From positions 40,273 through 104,272 of the forward strand of contig DKVO01000036.1 in NCBI GenBank assembly GCA_002491245.1: a stretch of 64,000 nt of DNA, written 5' to 3'. The translations under genes and the position numbers were made by a program. The notes below the pieces were generated by a model that saw only the letters and a program-made list of their open reading frames with translations, did no database searches and was not told the DNA's origin. The stretch comes from Porphyromonadaceae bacterium UBA7176 (GTDB taxonomy: Bacteria; Bacteroidota; Bacteroidia; Bacteroidales; Muribaculaceae). Below, one piece after another: positions 19,126 through 30,245 of the stretch; the stretch's first letter is position 1; each line of letters starts with the position of its first letter.

Positions 19126-20055
19126 TCAGCTTTGTTTCTGAAAGTCTGTAGGGCTTAGACCGGTAAGATGTTTGAAATATTTACCAAACGACGATTGGTT
19201 TGAAAAATTGAGCGCATAAGCTACCTGCTGCACATTCTTGCCTGAGTAACGGAGCAAATTCTTTGCCTCCATTATCACAAAATGGTCTATCCACTGCGCC
19301 GCAGACCGTCCGGTAGCCTCCTTGACCAGCAGCGAAAGGTACTTGGGCGAGATAAAAAGCTGGGATGCATAGAACGATACCGACCTCTCCGACGTATAAT
19401 ACAGATGTACGAGCTTGAGAAAATCCTGCACATAACTGTTGCGACGGTGGCCTCCACGGTTGTCGCTCCGGGTATCGATACGGCGATAGACAAACAGCAT
19501 CAGCTGATAGAACAGAGCCGATGTCAAACTCGATATTATATGACGGTTCAGCTGCATGTTGAACCTGTCGCCCATCACTGCATGGATCAGAGATACATAT
19601 CTCAGCAACACATGCACTTCACGCTCGCGCAACTCCATGACCGGACTCTCCACACTGGCGATAGCATCGACCGAAATACTCGAGAAAGACACATTTATAT
19701 CATGTAGAAACGACGGAGTATAGATAAGTATATGCGCGTCTATCTCGCTATTGTCTCCGGGCTGGAAACTTACAAGAGAGCCGTGGGTAAGCGACACCGC
19801 CGCCGGCCCATCGACATCTATGCTATCGGTATTGAGGTCGACGTGAAGGTGTCCTTTTACAAGAATCACCATCACGTTTCCCGACACTTTAAATACATTC
19901 GGATTAAGGTCGCCTAAACGACACGACATCTCCGAATTTATATGGCAATAATAGCATGATTTGTCAATCATGCTGAAGTCCGAAGAAATTTCTTCGAGCA
20001 ATCTAAGGGCCTCTGTGCCAAGTTCGTTATCGGTTTCTGCAGTCAAAATTTTCAT
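19126..20055 (-). CDS. AraC-family transcriptional regulator
   Basis: C-terminal double HTH: FYASQLFISPKYLS...FSNQSSFGKYFK. Confidence 0.92.
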   Translation of the reverse strand: MKILTAETDNELGTEALRLLEEISSDFSMIDKSCYYCHINSEMSCRLGDLNPNVFKVSGNVMVILVKGHLHVDLNTDSIDVDGPAAVSLTHGSLVSFQPGDNSEIDAHILIYTPSFLHDINVSFSSISVDAIASVESPVMELREREVHVLLRYVSLIHAVMGDRFNMQLNRHIISSLTSALFYQLMLFVYRRIDTRSDNRGGHRRNSYVQDFLKLVHLYYTSERSVSFYASQLFISPKYLSLLVKEATGRSAAQWIDHFVIMEAKNLLRYSGKNVQQVAYALNFSNQSSFGKYFKHLTGLSPTDFQKQS

Positions 20056-20169
20056 TTCGAGGACAAATTAATGTGCCAAAATTACAAATATTTTGGCATA
20101 CCACCCTCCTCAGCCGACCAAACAGACAACAATAATGCCCAAAAGGCTAATAAGCTAAACTATGAAGTC

Positions 20170-20823
20170 TCACTCTTTTGTGCCGTACGCCAGATCGCCG
20201 GCATCACCCAGACCGGGCACGATATAACTATGGGCATTGATCTGGTCGTCTATCACACCCACCCATAGTTCGGCATCCTCGGGCAATACACTTTCAAGAT
20301 AGTCCACCGCTTTTTTCGATGCTATCACCGAAGCCACGTGAAGTTTACCGGGCTTGCCCTTGGTGAGAAGCGCACGATAGCTCAGCTCCATCGATGCTCC
20401 TGTAGCGAGCATCGGATCGACAAGCACAAGCGTCTTACCCTCGAGCGACGGCGACGCCAGATACTCTATGCATATATCGAAATTCTCTTTTTCCTTATAC
20501 TTGCGGTAGGCCGACACAAATGCATTCTCGGCATTATCGAAATATCGCAGGAAACCCTGATGGAATGGTACGCCGGCCCTGAATATCGTAGCTAATACCA
20601 TAGGCTCGGCCAATACCTGACACTCAGCCTCAACGCCCAAAGGAGTCGTCACTGCCACCGTCTTATAATCAAGATGCTTGCTGAGTTCGTAAGCGAATAT
20701 TTCGCCGAGACGTTCGAGATTACGGCGGAAACGAAGACGGTCGCCCTGGATATTGACGTCGCGCATCTCGGCAAGATACTGGCTCACCAACGAAGGATGC
20801 CCGGCAAAGTTATGTACTTTCAT
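20170..20823 (-). CDS. upp: Uracil phosphoribosyltransferase
   Basis: Motifs DPMLATGAS and YIVPGLGDAGD. Start MKVHNF at 20823. Confidence 0.94.
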   Translation of the reverse strand: MKVHNFAGHPSLVSQYLAEMRDVNIQGDRLRFRRNLERLGEIFAYELSKHLDYKTVAVTTPLGVEAECQVLAEPMVLATIFRAGVPFHQGFLRYFDNAENAFVSAYRKYKEKENFDICIEYLASPSLEGKTLVLVDPMLATGASMELSYRALLTKGKPGKLHVASVIASKKAVDYLESVLPEDAELWVGVIDDQINAHSYIVPGLGDAGDLAYGTKE

Positions 20824-20831
20824 ATTTGGTA

Positions 20832-21500
20832 TTATTTTAGATTTAAAAGCATGTTGAAATCGGTCATCACCACTTTCGGCAGATATTCCGGCGGCCACTC
20901 ATCCATATGCTGCCCGAACACGTTGACACCATCTCTATCGAGCGACATCACCGTAGTCCAGCCCCGTAGGCCGGGCAACCTGAAATCTTTGCTAAGATTA
21001 TCGCCCACATATACGAAACGCTCACCAGGAGCGCCGAAATCCTGCTCTACCCTCGTCCAAGGCACTGATGTAGTCTTGTCGCCACCGGTTTCCTCGCTTA
21101 TGAGTATCCCGTCGAAATAGTCCACGATATCGAGTGCCCTGATTTTAGACCGCTGGTGGCGTGTCGAACCGTCGGTGACAAGCACAAGCTTATGACCGGC
21201 CTCGCGCAGACGGCAGAGAACATCACGCACACCCGGGCGCAACTCTATCTGAGGTTCATGTCCGCGGTAAATCTCTATCATGGCATCGACATCAAGCACC
21301 GTATCGGAGCCTCCGTGGGCAAGATAATGCTCCAAAGCCCACTCAAACCCAACCGGACGGTAGCGGCATATGCCATCATAGTATTCCCCGGCCTCGACAC
21401 CGCTACTGCCGGCGAGGACAGAAGCAACAGCACGGTAGCCCGAGCGGACAAAGTCCATCTCGGTATAGAGTGTATCGTCGAGGTCGAAAGCAAATACCAT
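20832..21500 (-). CDS. HAD-family hydrolase
   Basis: Motifs FDLDDTL, VTDG and YVGDN..KD. Confidence 0.88.
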   Translation of the reverse strand: MVFAFDLDDTLYTEMDFVRSGYRAVASVLAGSSGVEAGEYYDGICRYRPVGFEWALEHYLAHGGSDTVLDVDAMIEIYRGHEPQIELRPGVRDVLCRLREAGHKLVLVTDGSTRHQRSKIRALDIVDYFDGILISEETGGDKTTSVPWTRVEQDFGAPGERFVYVGDNLSKDFRLPGLRGWTTVMSLDRDGVNVFGQHMDEWPPEYLPKVVMTDFNMLLNLK

Positions 21501-21501
21501 A

Positions 21502-22374
21502 TCAATGGTTAGTCAGCCTGATTACCCTAAGACCCAACCACTGACGGTTGCGTTTCATAAAATCGGCCAACGGAACAGCCGATACCATCACCTTGCCACC
21601 TGTCGACGAAGCATGGAGCAGGTAAGGTTCGGCTGTCGGCGACTCCTTTACAATCACCCCCATATGGGTGACATCGAGATTTTTGAGGTTCGACACCATA
21701 GCCACAACATCGCCATTGTGGAGCGCATCCTTAACACCTTTCAAGTTAAGGTCTCGACTCTTGAGATACGGAAAACGGTGTTGACGATAACCATTCTCTA
21801 TATCTCGAATACGCGCATAATTCGCCGAGTCGGCCAAAGCAGGGTAGAGCTTGCGGTTGGTGGTCATGAAGTCGATGGTACGCATCATATACGATGCACG
21901 GGCAAACTGGTCGGTCACATCAGCAAAATTACCACGGTAGCGGTTATCCACAATCCAGTCGCTGATATAATGCAGACGCGACGGATAACCGTTCACCTCG
22001 CCACCACGGTAGCGGATACGCTTGAGATTATACACAAAATCGCGCCACGAATGACGTTGCTCCATCGATGTCAAGGCAAGAGCCATAGCCGTCTCCACAA
22101 ATGTTGTGCAGTCGAGGCTGTCGAGGCGCACTGTAAGAATCTCCTCATCGCCCTCGAGCGTACCGGCGCCATAGGGTGTACCCTCAAACGAACGGGCAAA
22201 AAAGGCGACACGGGCCTCTGGATCTGCAAAATTTTGCGACGCGCCTCGGCTGTCGAGAAGGCCGTTGATAACCGTCGTGTCAGACGCCTCATTTCCAAAC
22301 CGCACATCAGTCTGAGCCACGGCACCAATGGCTACCAAGGCAGAAAATATGGTGAGAAAAACGCTTTTGAGCAT
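21502..22374 (-). CDS. DUF1460 / AmiA-like NlpC-P60 muramoyl amidase
   Basis: Motifs LDCTTFVE, RLHY..DW and DVTHMG...LLHASS, plus a signal peptide. Confidence 0.85.
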   Translation of the reverse strand: MLKSVFLTIFSALVAIGAVAQTDVRFGNEASDTTVINGLLDSRGASQNFADPEARVAFFARSFEGTPYGAGTLEGDEEILTVRLDSLDCTTFVETAMALALTSMEQRHSWRDFVYNLKRIRYRGGEVNGYPSRLHYISDWIVDNRYRGNFADVTDQFARASYMMRTIDFMTTNRKLYPALADSANYARIRDIENGYRQHRFPYLKSRDLNLKGVKDALHNGDVVAMVSNLKNLDVTHMGVIVKESPTAEPYLLHASSTGGKVMVSAVPLADFMKRNRQWLGLRVIRLTNH

Positions 22375-22435
22375 ATTTAGAGTATTTTTACGCAAAGGTA
22401 CAAAATTTTTCCGTACTTTTTTCCGTTAAAAAAAT

Positions 22436-23839
22436 ATGCGAAAGATTATTCTCCTCCTGCCCATGATAGCCCTGTTGGCTGCCTGCATCGAAGACGGGTT
22501 CTCAACCTCGCCTTCCGACCAACCGGTATATTCTGTCGACACACTGTCATTGGGGCAGGTTTTTACCGACGAACCCACCCCGACATCGCGCTTCGTCGTA
22601 CGTAACCCACACTCCAAACAACTCCAGATAGCCTCGATAAGCCTATCCGGCGCCGATGCCGACTGCTTCAGGCTTAACGTCGACGGCATACCGGGCCGCA
22701 ACTTCCAGAACGTCGAGATACGTGGAAAAGACTCTATATTCGTCTTCGTTGAGGCTACCCTGCCTCCCGGAGAAAAACCCGTCACCACTTACGAAGCCGC
22801 CATCGACTTCTCTACAAACGGCGTCACGTCAAGTGTCGTCCTTACAGCCGAAGGGTGCAACGTAGAGCGCCTCAAAGCCGTCACCATCGACAACGACACA
22901 CGCTTGTCCGCCGAGCTTCCATACCAGATTTTCGACAGCCTCATAGTAGCGCCCGGAGTTACCCTGACCCTCGACCCCGGCACACGCTTGTGCTTCCACG
23001 ACAAGGCGAGCCTCATCGTCCGAGGCTCACTCATCGCCGAGGGCACCGTCGACGCCCCAGTGAGCCTCGCCGGCGACCGCACCGGAAATGTCGTCGGCGA
23101 CATTTCCTTCGACATCATGTCGCGCCAATGGACAGGCGTCACATTCGCTCCCTCATCCACCGGCAACCGCTTGTCGCATGTATCACTACGCAACACTGTC
23201 GAAGGCGTCATAATTGAAGGAAACCCCGAAACAGACTACTCCTCCCGGCCACAGCTCACGCTCATCAACACACAGTTGCGTAACTCCGGTGGCCTCGTCC
23301 TCGACGCCCGTCACTCTGCAATAGCAGCCACCGGATGCGAGTTCGCAGAAGCAGCCGACGGCCTCGTATACCTTCATGGTGGACAACACACATTCACTCA
23401 CTGCACCTTTGCCAACTACTACCTCTTCTCGGCCCTCGGAGGTCCGGCAGTGCAATTCGCCCACATAAGCGCAGACCCCAAGATCGGCTTCGACGACGGT
23501 AGCGGACTACCATATACCGAAGCTACTTTTGTGAACAGTATCATCTACGGCAACGGCACCGACCTCTCGCACGGCGACCTCAACGGTACCGCCATAACCC
23601 TGCGCCACTGCCTCCTAAAGAGCAAAGGCAGCGACGACGACAACTTCATCTCCTGTATCTGGGACAGCGATCCGCTCTACTACACCGAGCGCTCCGAGTA
23701 CATCTTCGACTACCGCCTCCGCCCCGGATCTCCTGCCATCGCCGCCGGCGAGAACACCTCTGCCGGTCCCGACCGCTACGGCCTTCCGCGCACCACCGCC
23801 GACCTCGGCGCCTACGTCTACACCGAGCCGGAAGAATAA
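22436..23839 (+). CDS. Lipoprotein with Ig-like and right-handed beta-helix regions, function unknown
   Basis: Lipobox LAAC, beta-helix-like repeats, and ending SPAIAAG..D..G..R...DLGAY. Confidence 0.75.
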   Translation: MRKIILLLPMIALLAACIEDGFSTSPSDQPVYSVDTLSLGQVFTDEPTPTSRFVVRNPHSKQLQIASISLSGADADCFRLNVDGIPGRNFQNVEIRGKDSIFVFVEATLPPGEKPVTTYEAAIDFSTNGVTSSVVLTAEGCNVERLKAVTIDNDTRLSAELPYQIFDSLIVAPGVTLTLDPGTRLCFHDKASLIVRGSLIAEGTVDAPVSLAGDRTGNVVGDISFDIMSRQWTGVTFAPSSTGNRLSHVSLRNTVEGVIIEGNPETDYSSRPQLTLINTQLRNSGGLVLDARHSAIAATGCEFAEAADGLVYLHGGQHTFTHCTFANYYLFSALGGPAVQFAHISADPKIGFDDGSGLPYTEATFVNSIIYGNGTDLSHGDLNGTAITLRHCLLKSKGSDDDNFISCIWDSDPLYYTERSEYIFDYRLRPGSPAIAAGENTSAGPDRYGLPRTTADLGAYVYTEPEE

Positions 23840-23861
23840 GCGACTTTGATGCAAACGAACA

Positions 23862-23902
23862 AGAGGCCGTCAGATGAGTTTTGGGCTCATCTGACGGCCT
23901 CT
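23862..23902. terminator. Hairpin terminator between convergent genes
   Basis: 17-bp stem agaggccgtcagatgag / ctcatctgacggcctct. Confidence 0.85.
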
Positions 23903-23921
23903 CTAAATAAGTTATTATCTT

Positions 23922-26900
23922 TTATTTAACAATAATCTTACGGGTTTCGGTCTTTGATTTGATTATATAGATACCCGGTGAAAGTTTTGCAATCGACATC
24001 CTATCAGCATTGAGCATCACGGTTTGTCCTAATGGAGTGTATACGTCAAAAGCATTATCGCCGACATTCGCATCTATATCAATCAAAGAAGACCCTATCT
24101 GCGAACTTTGAATCAACGCGTTGAACTCATCGCTATAGTGTGTTGTCATGACTTGTCTGTCAAGCAACGTGAAATCGACAGAGACATCGAGATTTGCCAT
24201 ATCAGCGACGGGGTATACATTCTCACTTTCGGGTTCGACGGCAACCCCGTTGATTGATACCTTATCAATTACGACGCCCGGAACATCGACAATCAGAGCA
24301 ATTTTGTGGGCCTCCCGGTCTATCATATAGCGCCACATTTCCACAACATCGCAGACCGCCACCCCATCATAGGCTTTCCCACAACCTCCGGGGACATAGA
24401 ACGTATCACAAGCATCGAGTTTTACCTTCGGCTCTGTCTGGTCGGTATAGAAATTCATTTCCACACGTCTGTCATCATTAAACACCGGTATAAGATTGAG
24501 TTTCCGCTCGTTACGCAAAAATACATGCTTCAACGACGGATTTTCTTTTATACCGTAGCCTTCGTGAAAATTACGACCCAAAGTAATGGACTCCAAGGAT
24601 TCACATTTTTGTATCGACCTATCATATACAGTAGTACAAGCATCAGACAAAGATATATGCACTACGTTAGGACAATCATATACCAGATAATTATAAATAT
24701 AAACATTATCTCGCATTTCAAATCTTACACTTGTCACTTTATCCATCCCATATAGAAAGTATGGGTCTATCCAACTTACAGACTCCGGCACTATGATATC
24801 GCCTTCTTTCGCTATAAATTCTATACGCTTCATATTCTCCGAATACAAGATATTGTCAATAACAACGTAATTACTATTATTATCATCTACAGTAACGGAG
24901 GTACATGAATTCAGTCCACTCACGGCATAATACTCCAGATATGCATATTGTGGTATATGTATCTTCTTTAATGATTTACATAAATAGAATGCATAACCTT
25001 TTATTCTTTTGACATTTGATGGGATTGGTGCTTCTTCAAGAGAATTGCAGTTCGCAAAGCAGGACCCCGGTATTTCTGTAATACCTTCACTCAATTTCAC
25101 ATACTTAAGATTCTCGCACCCCTTGAAAAGCCTGTAGCCGATATGAGTGATTGAATTAGGCATTACGACAGACTCCAATGCCTGATTGAAACTGAACACT
25201 TCATCTTCTATCGCCGTAACTTCGTAAGTCGTCTGGTCATATAGAATATTCTGAGGTATAACGATGTCTTTCGGAGCTGCTTCTCGACACCCGGTTATTA
25301 TAGCGGTTTTTGTATGTGGGAATAGTCGGTATACTATACCACCGTAAACCACTTCCTCCGGTACGAAGTCAAAGTTCTCATACTCCTCGATATTTCTGAA
25401 CCATCCCCACGACTCACTGTCGCGGTATAAATCAATAGTTCCGACAGGTACATATAGTGTCCGCGTTGGATTGATTGGGTTATTTGATGCGAAAGCATCC
25501 CTATTGATTTGTGGAGGGGTAGTCCAATGCACCATAATGGCTGTCGGGTCAATTTTAAATGCACCATCCTCTAATTCTTTAACAGACTGAGGTATATCTA
25601 TAGCTTTTAAATTGGTATAGGAAAAGGCCCAGGTTCCGACTGCTTCAAGATTTGTCGGCAAATCGACGTATTCGAGTTTACTCAGTCCCCTAAGAGCATC
25701 TTTTGGTAAAGTATTTGCTTCATATGTATTACCATCAAGAGTGGTGGCCGATATAGTAGCCTTTGAGATATCAAGATGTCTGAGATTCTGACACCAAGAT
25801 CTTATATAGCTCAGATCTTTTGCATCTATCGGCCCCGAAAGCGACAGCTTTGTAAGTAACGAGGCTTTACCTATCGACACATTTTTAGCCAAGGTCCCGG
25901 CTTCAGTCAAAACCACAGAGTCTTCGGTCGAATCAAACGTTTCAAGGTCAATTTCATACTCACTCCCATATAATACCAGACCAACTCCTATTCTACCGAA
26001 TAAAGGATCCGGAATTGTGTTATCCCTGACATATATTTCGCCGTCTATGTCTATAACCAAAGTACTCAAATGGTCTTTATCTTTTTCCAATAGCAGCACG
26101 GTAACAAAAGAACCTATAGCAATATCATAGCTTCCGTTGCCGACAGGTTTTCCGTTGACCATAACACTGCCGTTTGATGTGCTATTATTAATTTTTACAT
26201 GACATTTCTCAATCTTATTCCCTTTGCATCTTACCCTTGATGGCGTTTCCGATGTACCTAAGGCAGGCAGCCATTTATTATCGATGTTGTTTTTCGCGAC
26301 AACCTGTATATAATCATCATCGCCCGGCTCATTTTCTTTAACAATCAGATCATGAAAACTGGCATCAAGACTTGTTCTATCAACCGCCTTAACTGAGGAG
26401 CTTGCCAAAATTTCTTTTATGTATCCGCTACCATCCACCAAAGCCACTCCATAATCTCCCGAAAATCCGGTAGGGATAACAACCTTACTGCAAGCGAAGT
26501 CGAAGGGTTCTCCTTTCTCAACGTTCTCAACATTGATAAAAGCCCCTTTATAGTAGTTTTTGAAGTACATTGTAGGAACAAAGCCATCGTCAACAGCGAC
26601 TTCAGAATATTCAGTCAGCTCCACTTGTGGCTTGATACCTCTCACCATACCACTTTTATAGTAAGAGCCACTACTGGAACCAACGCCCCTCAACGAAAAA
26701 AATCCATTGGATTCACCTCCGAATCCCCAATTGAAATGGTACAGTCCATCCCTGGTGTATCCATCACAAACAAAAGCCTGTTCTGGATCGTAACAATAAC
26801 CGTAGTACACCACCGGACGGGCTTCGTCTAACTCCTTCCTCAACATCTCCTCCCACAGGGCATGGTCATAATTATTGTATAAAACAAATTCACATTCAGG

Positions 26901-27695
26901 CGAGTATCTGAAATGCGTACGCAAAGCTTTGTCTATCAAATTGGGATAAACATATGCAGATTCGTACGACAAGCCATAATACCACTCGATTGAACACCCT
27001 GCAGCCTTCAACAATTTTGACACCTCATGCTTTTGAGCATCCGAGCTATTCTCGTCATAGCGGTCTGAGATCAGATTCCAATCAAGTTCAAGAGCGCTAT
27101 AATCATTACGTTCATATCGCCACGTACTAATATCAAAATTCACATTAGAGCGAGATCCTTTTGGAGGCCAGTTGTAATATTTCATCACTATACCCATCGA
27201 TGTGGCGGAACACCCAGTTAAAGCTCGTTGTCCATTGTCTTCAGGACAATACAAATTATAAGGATCACCCTGGTCCCATTCTGCGGTATTGAGAAGAACG
27301 ACGACTTCATCGGTATCTGCATCTCTTTTCCAACTCTTATCATCGGCAGCCAAAGGGTCTGCCATCATGATCTCCCGGCTATACGACGACAGCAGCGAGT
27401 CGAGTTGCACAGGCAAGTTGTCGAGGTCAATAGACCCTTTATCACTATAGCCTAAAACCTTGCGAGCCTTTGTATCGCCGGCGACAATCACAAAGCCTTC
27501 ATCGTCTCCTGCATTGAAAATGTAATATGGCGACGACTCCTTGTCTCTTTTCACCACCTTTGCGCTCCTGTGCTTATGTGGTGTTTGTACTGATAGAAAT
27601 TGATCCGCCACAGATTTTGCCTCATCAAGCGATACCGTCCTGGCCTGAGATAAAACAGCCAGAAAGACAAATAGTATAGATAATGTGCATCTCAT
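23922..27695 (-). CDS. C10 (streptopain-like) peptidase-domain protein with Spi-like prodomain, BspA-type LRRs and T9SS-type tail; catalytic His replaced by Gln
   Basis: Motifs GFVIVAGD, W.Q..PYN, TGCSATSM, QAFVCDGY and HFNWGFGG, plus LRR_5-like repeats. Start MRCTLS at 27695. Confidence 0.87.
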   Translation of the reverse strand: MRCTLSILFVFLAVLSQARTVSLDEAKSVADQFLSVQTPHKHRSAKVVKRDKESSPYYIFNAGDDEGFVIVAGDTKARKVLGYSDKGSIDLDNLPVQLDSLLSSYSREIMMADPLAADDKSWKRDADTDEVVVLLNTAEWDQGDPYNLYCPEDNGQRALTGCSATSMGIVMKYYNWPPKGSRSNVNFDISTWRYERNDYSALELDWNLISDRYDENSSDAQKHEVSKLLKAAGCSIEWYYGLSYESAYVYPNLIDKALRTHFRYSPECEFVLYNNYDHALWEEMLRKELDEARPVVYYGYCYDPEQAFVCDGYTRDGLYHFNWGFGGESNGFFSLRGVGSSSGSYYKSGMVRGIKPQVELTEYSEVAVDDGFVPTMYFKNYYKGAFINVENVEKGEPFDFACSKVVIPTGFSGDYGVALVDGSGYIKEILASSSVKAVDRTSLDASFHDLIVKENEPGDDDYIQVVAKNNIDNKWLPALGTSETPSRVRCKGNKIEKCHVKINNSTSNGSVMVNGKPVGNGSYDIAIGSFVTVLLLEKDKDHLSTLVIDIDGEIYVRDNTIPDPLFGRIGVGLVLYGSEYEIDLETFDSTEDSVVLTEAGTLAKNVSIGKASLLTKLSLSGPIDAKDLSYIRSWCQNLRHLDISKATISATTLDGNTYEANTLPKDALRGLSKLEYVDLPTNLEAVGTWAFSYTNLKAIDIPQSVKELEDGAFKIDPTAIMVHWTTPPQINRDAFASNNPINPTRTLYVPVGTIDLYRDSESWGWFRNIEEYENFDFVPEEVVYGGIVYRLFPHTKTAIITGCREAAPKDIVIPQNILYDQTTYEVTAIEDEVFSFNQALESVVMPNSITHIGYRLFKGCENLKYVKLSEGITEIPGSCFANCNSLEEAPIPSNVKRIKGYAFYLCKSLKKIHIPQYAYLEYYAVSGLNSCTSVTVDDNNSNYVVIDNILYSENMKRIEFIAKEGDIIVPESVSWIDPYFLYGMDKVTSVRFEMRDNVYIYNYLVYDCPNVVHISLSDACTTVYDRSIQKCESLESITLGRNFHEGYGIKENPSLKHVFLRNERKLNLIPVFNDDRRVEMNFYTDQTEPKVKLDACDTFYVPGGCGKAYDGVAVCDVVEMWRYMIDREAHKIALIVDVPGVVIDKVSINGVAVEPESENVYPVADMANLDVSVDFTLLDRQVMTTHYSDEFNALIQSSQIGSSLIDIDANVGDNAFDVYTPLGQTVMLNADRMSIAKLSPGIYIIKSKTETRKIIVK

Positions 27696-27886
27696 ATTGT
27701 GATGTATTGATTTTTGCAAATATAATTACAAACTTTTTAATTTACAACATCAAAAATAGCAAATCAACAGCATAACACAATTTTACAACATTATTTCATA
27801 TTTTTCTCCAATTTAATTTAACTCGGAGCACCTTTTATAATTTTAAATGTTGTATATTTGTAGTTTCATTATATATCTCAAAATTT

Positions 27887-29596
27887 ATGACATTTGAAGA
27901 ATTAGGCGTCCGCGACGATTTGCTGCGCGGAATTTCGGATATGGGCTTCGAGACACCGATGCCCGTCCAAGAAAAAGTAATACCGGTGCTCCTCGGAGGC
28001 GACAGAGATCTCGTCGCCCTCGCCCAGACCGGTACGGGTAAGACCGCTGCTTTCGGCCTGCCCGTGCTCCAGAGGGTCGACGCCGGGCGCCATGTGCCGC
28101 AGGCCCTGATTCTCGCTCCCACTCGCGAACTCTGCCTCCAGATTGCAGGCGACCTCGCCGACTTTTCCAAGTATATGGACGACGTAACAGTACTGCCCGT
28201 ATACGGTGGCAGCAGCATCGAGAGCCAGATTAAAGCACTCAAACGAGGCGTACAGATCATCGTCGCCACCCCGGGACGTCTCATCGACCTCATAAACCGC
28301 GGAGTAGTCAAACTCGCCGACGTACACACCGTTGTGCTCGACGAAGCCGACGAGATGCTCAACATGGGCTTCGTCGACTCTATCAACGACATTCTCGCCC
28401 ACGTGCCCGAAGAGCGTAAGATGCTCATGTTCTCGGCAACCATGCCTGCCGAGGTTGCAAAAATTTCCAAGCGCTTCATGCACGACCCCGAAGAAATTGT
28501 GGTAGGCACGCGCAACGAAGGCGCCAAGAACGTCCGCCACATCTACTATATGGTCAACGCCAAGGACAAGTACCTTGCCCTCAAGCGCATCGCCGACAAC
28601 AACCCCAACATCTACGCAATCATCTTCTGCCGCACACGCCGCGACACGCAGGAGATAGCCGACCGCCTCATCGGCGACGGATACAATGCCGATGCCCTCC
28701 ACGGCGACCTATCCCAACAGCAGCGCGACATTGTGATGAAAAAATTCCGCGACCGCGTCCTCACTCTCCTCGTGGCTACCGATGTCGCGGCTCGCGGTCT
28801 CGACGTCGACGACCTCACACACGTCATCAACTACGGTCTGCCCGACGACACAGCAGTCTACACCCACCGCTCTGGCCGAACCGGCCGTGCCGGAAAAACT
28901 GGAGTCTCCATCGCCATCATCCACTCGCGCGAGAAAGGCAAGCTACGCGAAATAGAGCGCATAATAGGCAAGAAGTTCGAGCGCAAGGAAGTGCCCACCC
29001 CCGAGCACATCATAGAGAAACAGCTCTACAACCTCGCCGACCGCCTCGAACGCGTAGAAGTGAACGAAGACGAAATCAACCGCTATTTCCCCGGAGTCAA
29101 GAAAAAACTCGCCTGGCTATCCACCGAAGACCTTCTCAAACGCCTCCTCTCACTCGAATTCAACCGCCTGCTCGACTACTACAAAGATGCACCGGCCATC
29201 GACTTCATCGACGAAAAGCCAAGCAAGGAACGCAAAGCCAAGACTCCTCGCACCGAAAAGGACAAAGACCGCCGTACTGCCGAACGGGGCATGGCGCGCA
29301 TATACGTGAACGTAGGTAAAGCCGACGGTTTCTTCGCCGGCAACCTCATTGACCTGCTCAATAAAAACATAGCAGGCCACCGTGTCGATGTAGGACGCAT
29401 CGACCTCCTTCCTTCATACTCTCTTTTCGATGTCCGCAAATCCGATGCGACAAGAGTTGTAGCCGCTCTCAAGGGTCTCGACTTTTTCGGAAAACGTCTC
29501 TACAGCGAGGTCGCCGACCAGGACCGCGACTATGCCAAGACATCAGGGCGTAAAGAAAAGAACACCAAAGAAAGCAAACGCAAAAAACAGAAATAG
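27887..29596 (+). CDS. DEAD-box RNA helicase with DbpA-type RNA-binding C-terminal domain
   Basis: Motifs AQTGTGKT, DEAD, SAT and HRSGRTGR. Confidence 0.95.
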   Translation: MTFEELGVRDDLLRGISDMGFETPMPVQEKVIPVLLGGDRDLVALAQTGTGKTAAFGLPVLQRVDAGRHVPQALILAPTRELCLQIAGDLADFSKYMDDVTVLPVYGGSSIESQIKALKRGVQIIVATPGRLIDLINRGVVKLADVHTVVLDEADEMLNMGFVDSINDILAHVPEERKMLMFSATMPAEVAKISKRFMHDPEEIVVGTRNEGAKNVRHIYYMVNAKDKYLALKRIADNNPNIYAIIFCRTRRDTQEIADRLIGDGYNADALHGDLSQQQRDIVMKKFRDRVLTLLVATDVAARGLDVDDLTHVINYGLPDDTAVYTHRSGRTGRAGKTGVSIAIIHSREKGKLREIERIIGKKFERKEVPTPEHIIEKQLYNLADRLERVEVNEDEINRYFPGVKKKLAWLSTEDLLKRLLSLEFNRLLDYYKDAPAIDFIDEKPSKERKAKTPRTEKDKDRRTAERGMARIYVNVGKADGFFAGNLIDLLNKNIAGHRVDVGRIDLLPSYSLFDVRKSDATRVVAALKGLDFFGKRLYSEVADQDRDYAKTSGRKEKNTKESKRKKQK

Positions 29597-29597
29597 C

Positions 29598-30245
29598 ATG
29601 AAGATATACGCCGCCATACTCGCCTTAGCGGCTATGTTGCCCTGCTCTGCCAGGACTGCCGCCGACTTTTTCTCTGATGCACCGGTAGATGCCGTACCCA
29701 TGCTTGGTGCCGATGCCCGCGCCGACATGATAGCATACTTCCAGAACGGTATTAAATCGGGCGTAGCCAACGCTTTCGGCGGCAAATCACATATCACAGC
29801 CCTCGACAGTCTGCGTCTCACAGCACAGCTATCTGACGCCGCAAAATTTCAGGTAGCCGTAATTCCGGGCAAAAGCGACACCATAGTGGCGTATATCGAA
29901 ACCGTCGCCTCGCCGGTCAACGACAGCAGCATAAGCTTCTACCGTACCGGCCGCGACGGCTCATTACAACGTCTGCCCGACCCTGTCTTACCGTCTGCTA
30001 CCGATTATGTACCGAAACAATACCGCAAGCAGCTCGACACAGTTGAACTGCCCTCAATATTTTTCATCGGCATAGACTACGACCCGGCTCAGCGACTGTT
30101 CCTGATTTATAATAACAGTTTCGACAATCTGCCGGCCGGTCAGCACCCCGAAGCAGCAGCCATCATGGATAAAGTACGCGCATACCGCTACGACGGACGC
30201 AAACTCGTGCCGGTAAAGAAATTTGTCGACAACATAATCAGATGA
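29598..30245 (+). CDS. Exported protein, DUF3256-like
   Basis: Signal peptide; pattern 'F...P....P.L....R.DM' and 'DS.I.FY'. Confidence 0.6.
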   Translation: MKIYAAILALAAMLPCSARTAADFFSDAPVDAVPMLGADARADMIAYFQNGIKSGVANAFGGKSHITALDSLRLTAQLSDAAKFQVAVIPGKSDTIVAYIETVASPVNDSSISFYRTGRDGSLQRLPDPVLPSATDYVPKQYRKQLDTVELPSIFFIGIDYDPAQRLFLIYNNSFDNLPAGQHPEAAAIMDKVRAYRYDGRKLVPVKKFVDNIIR

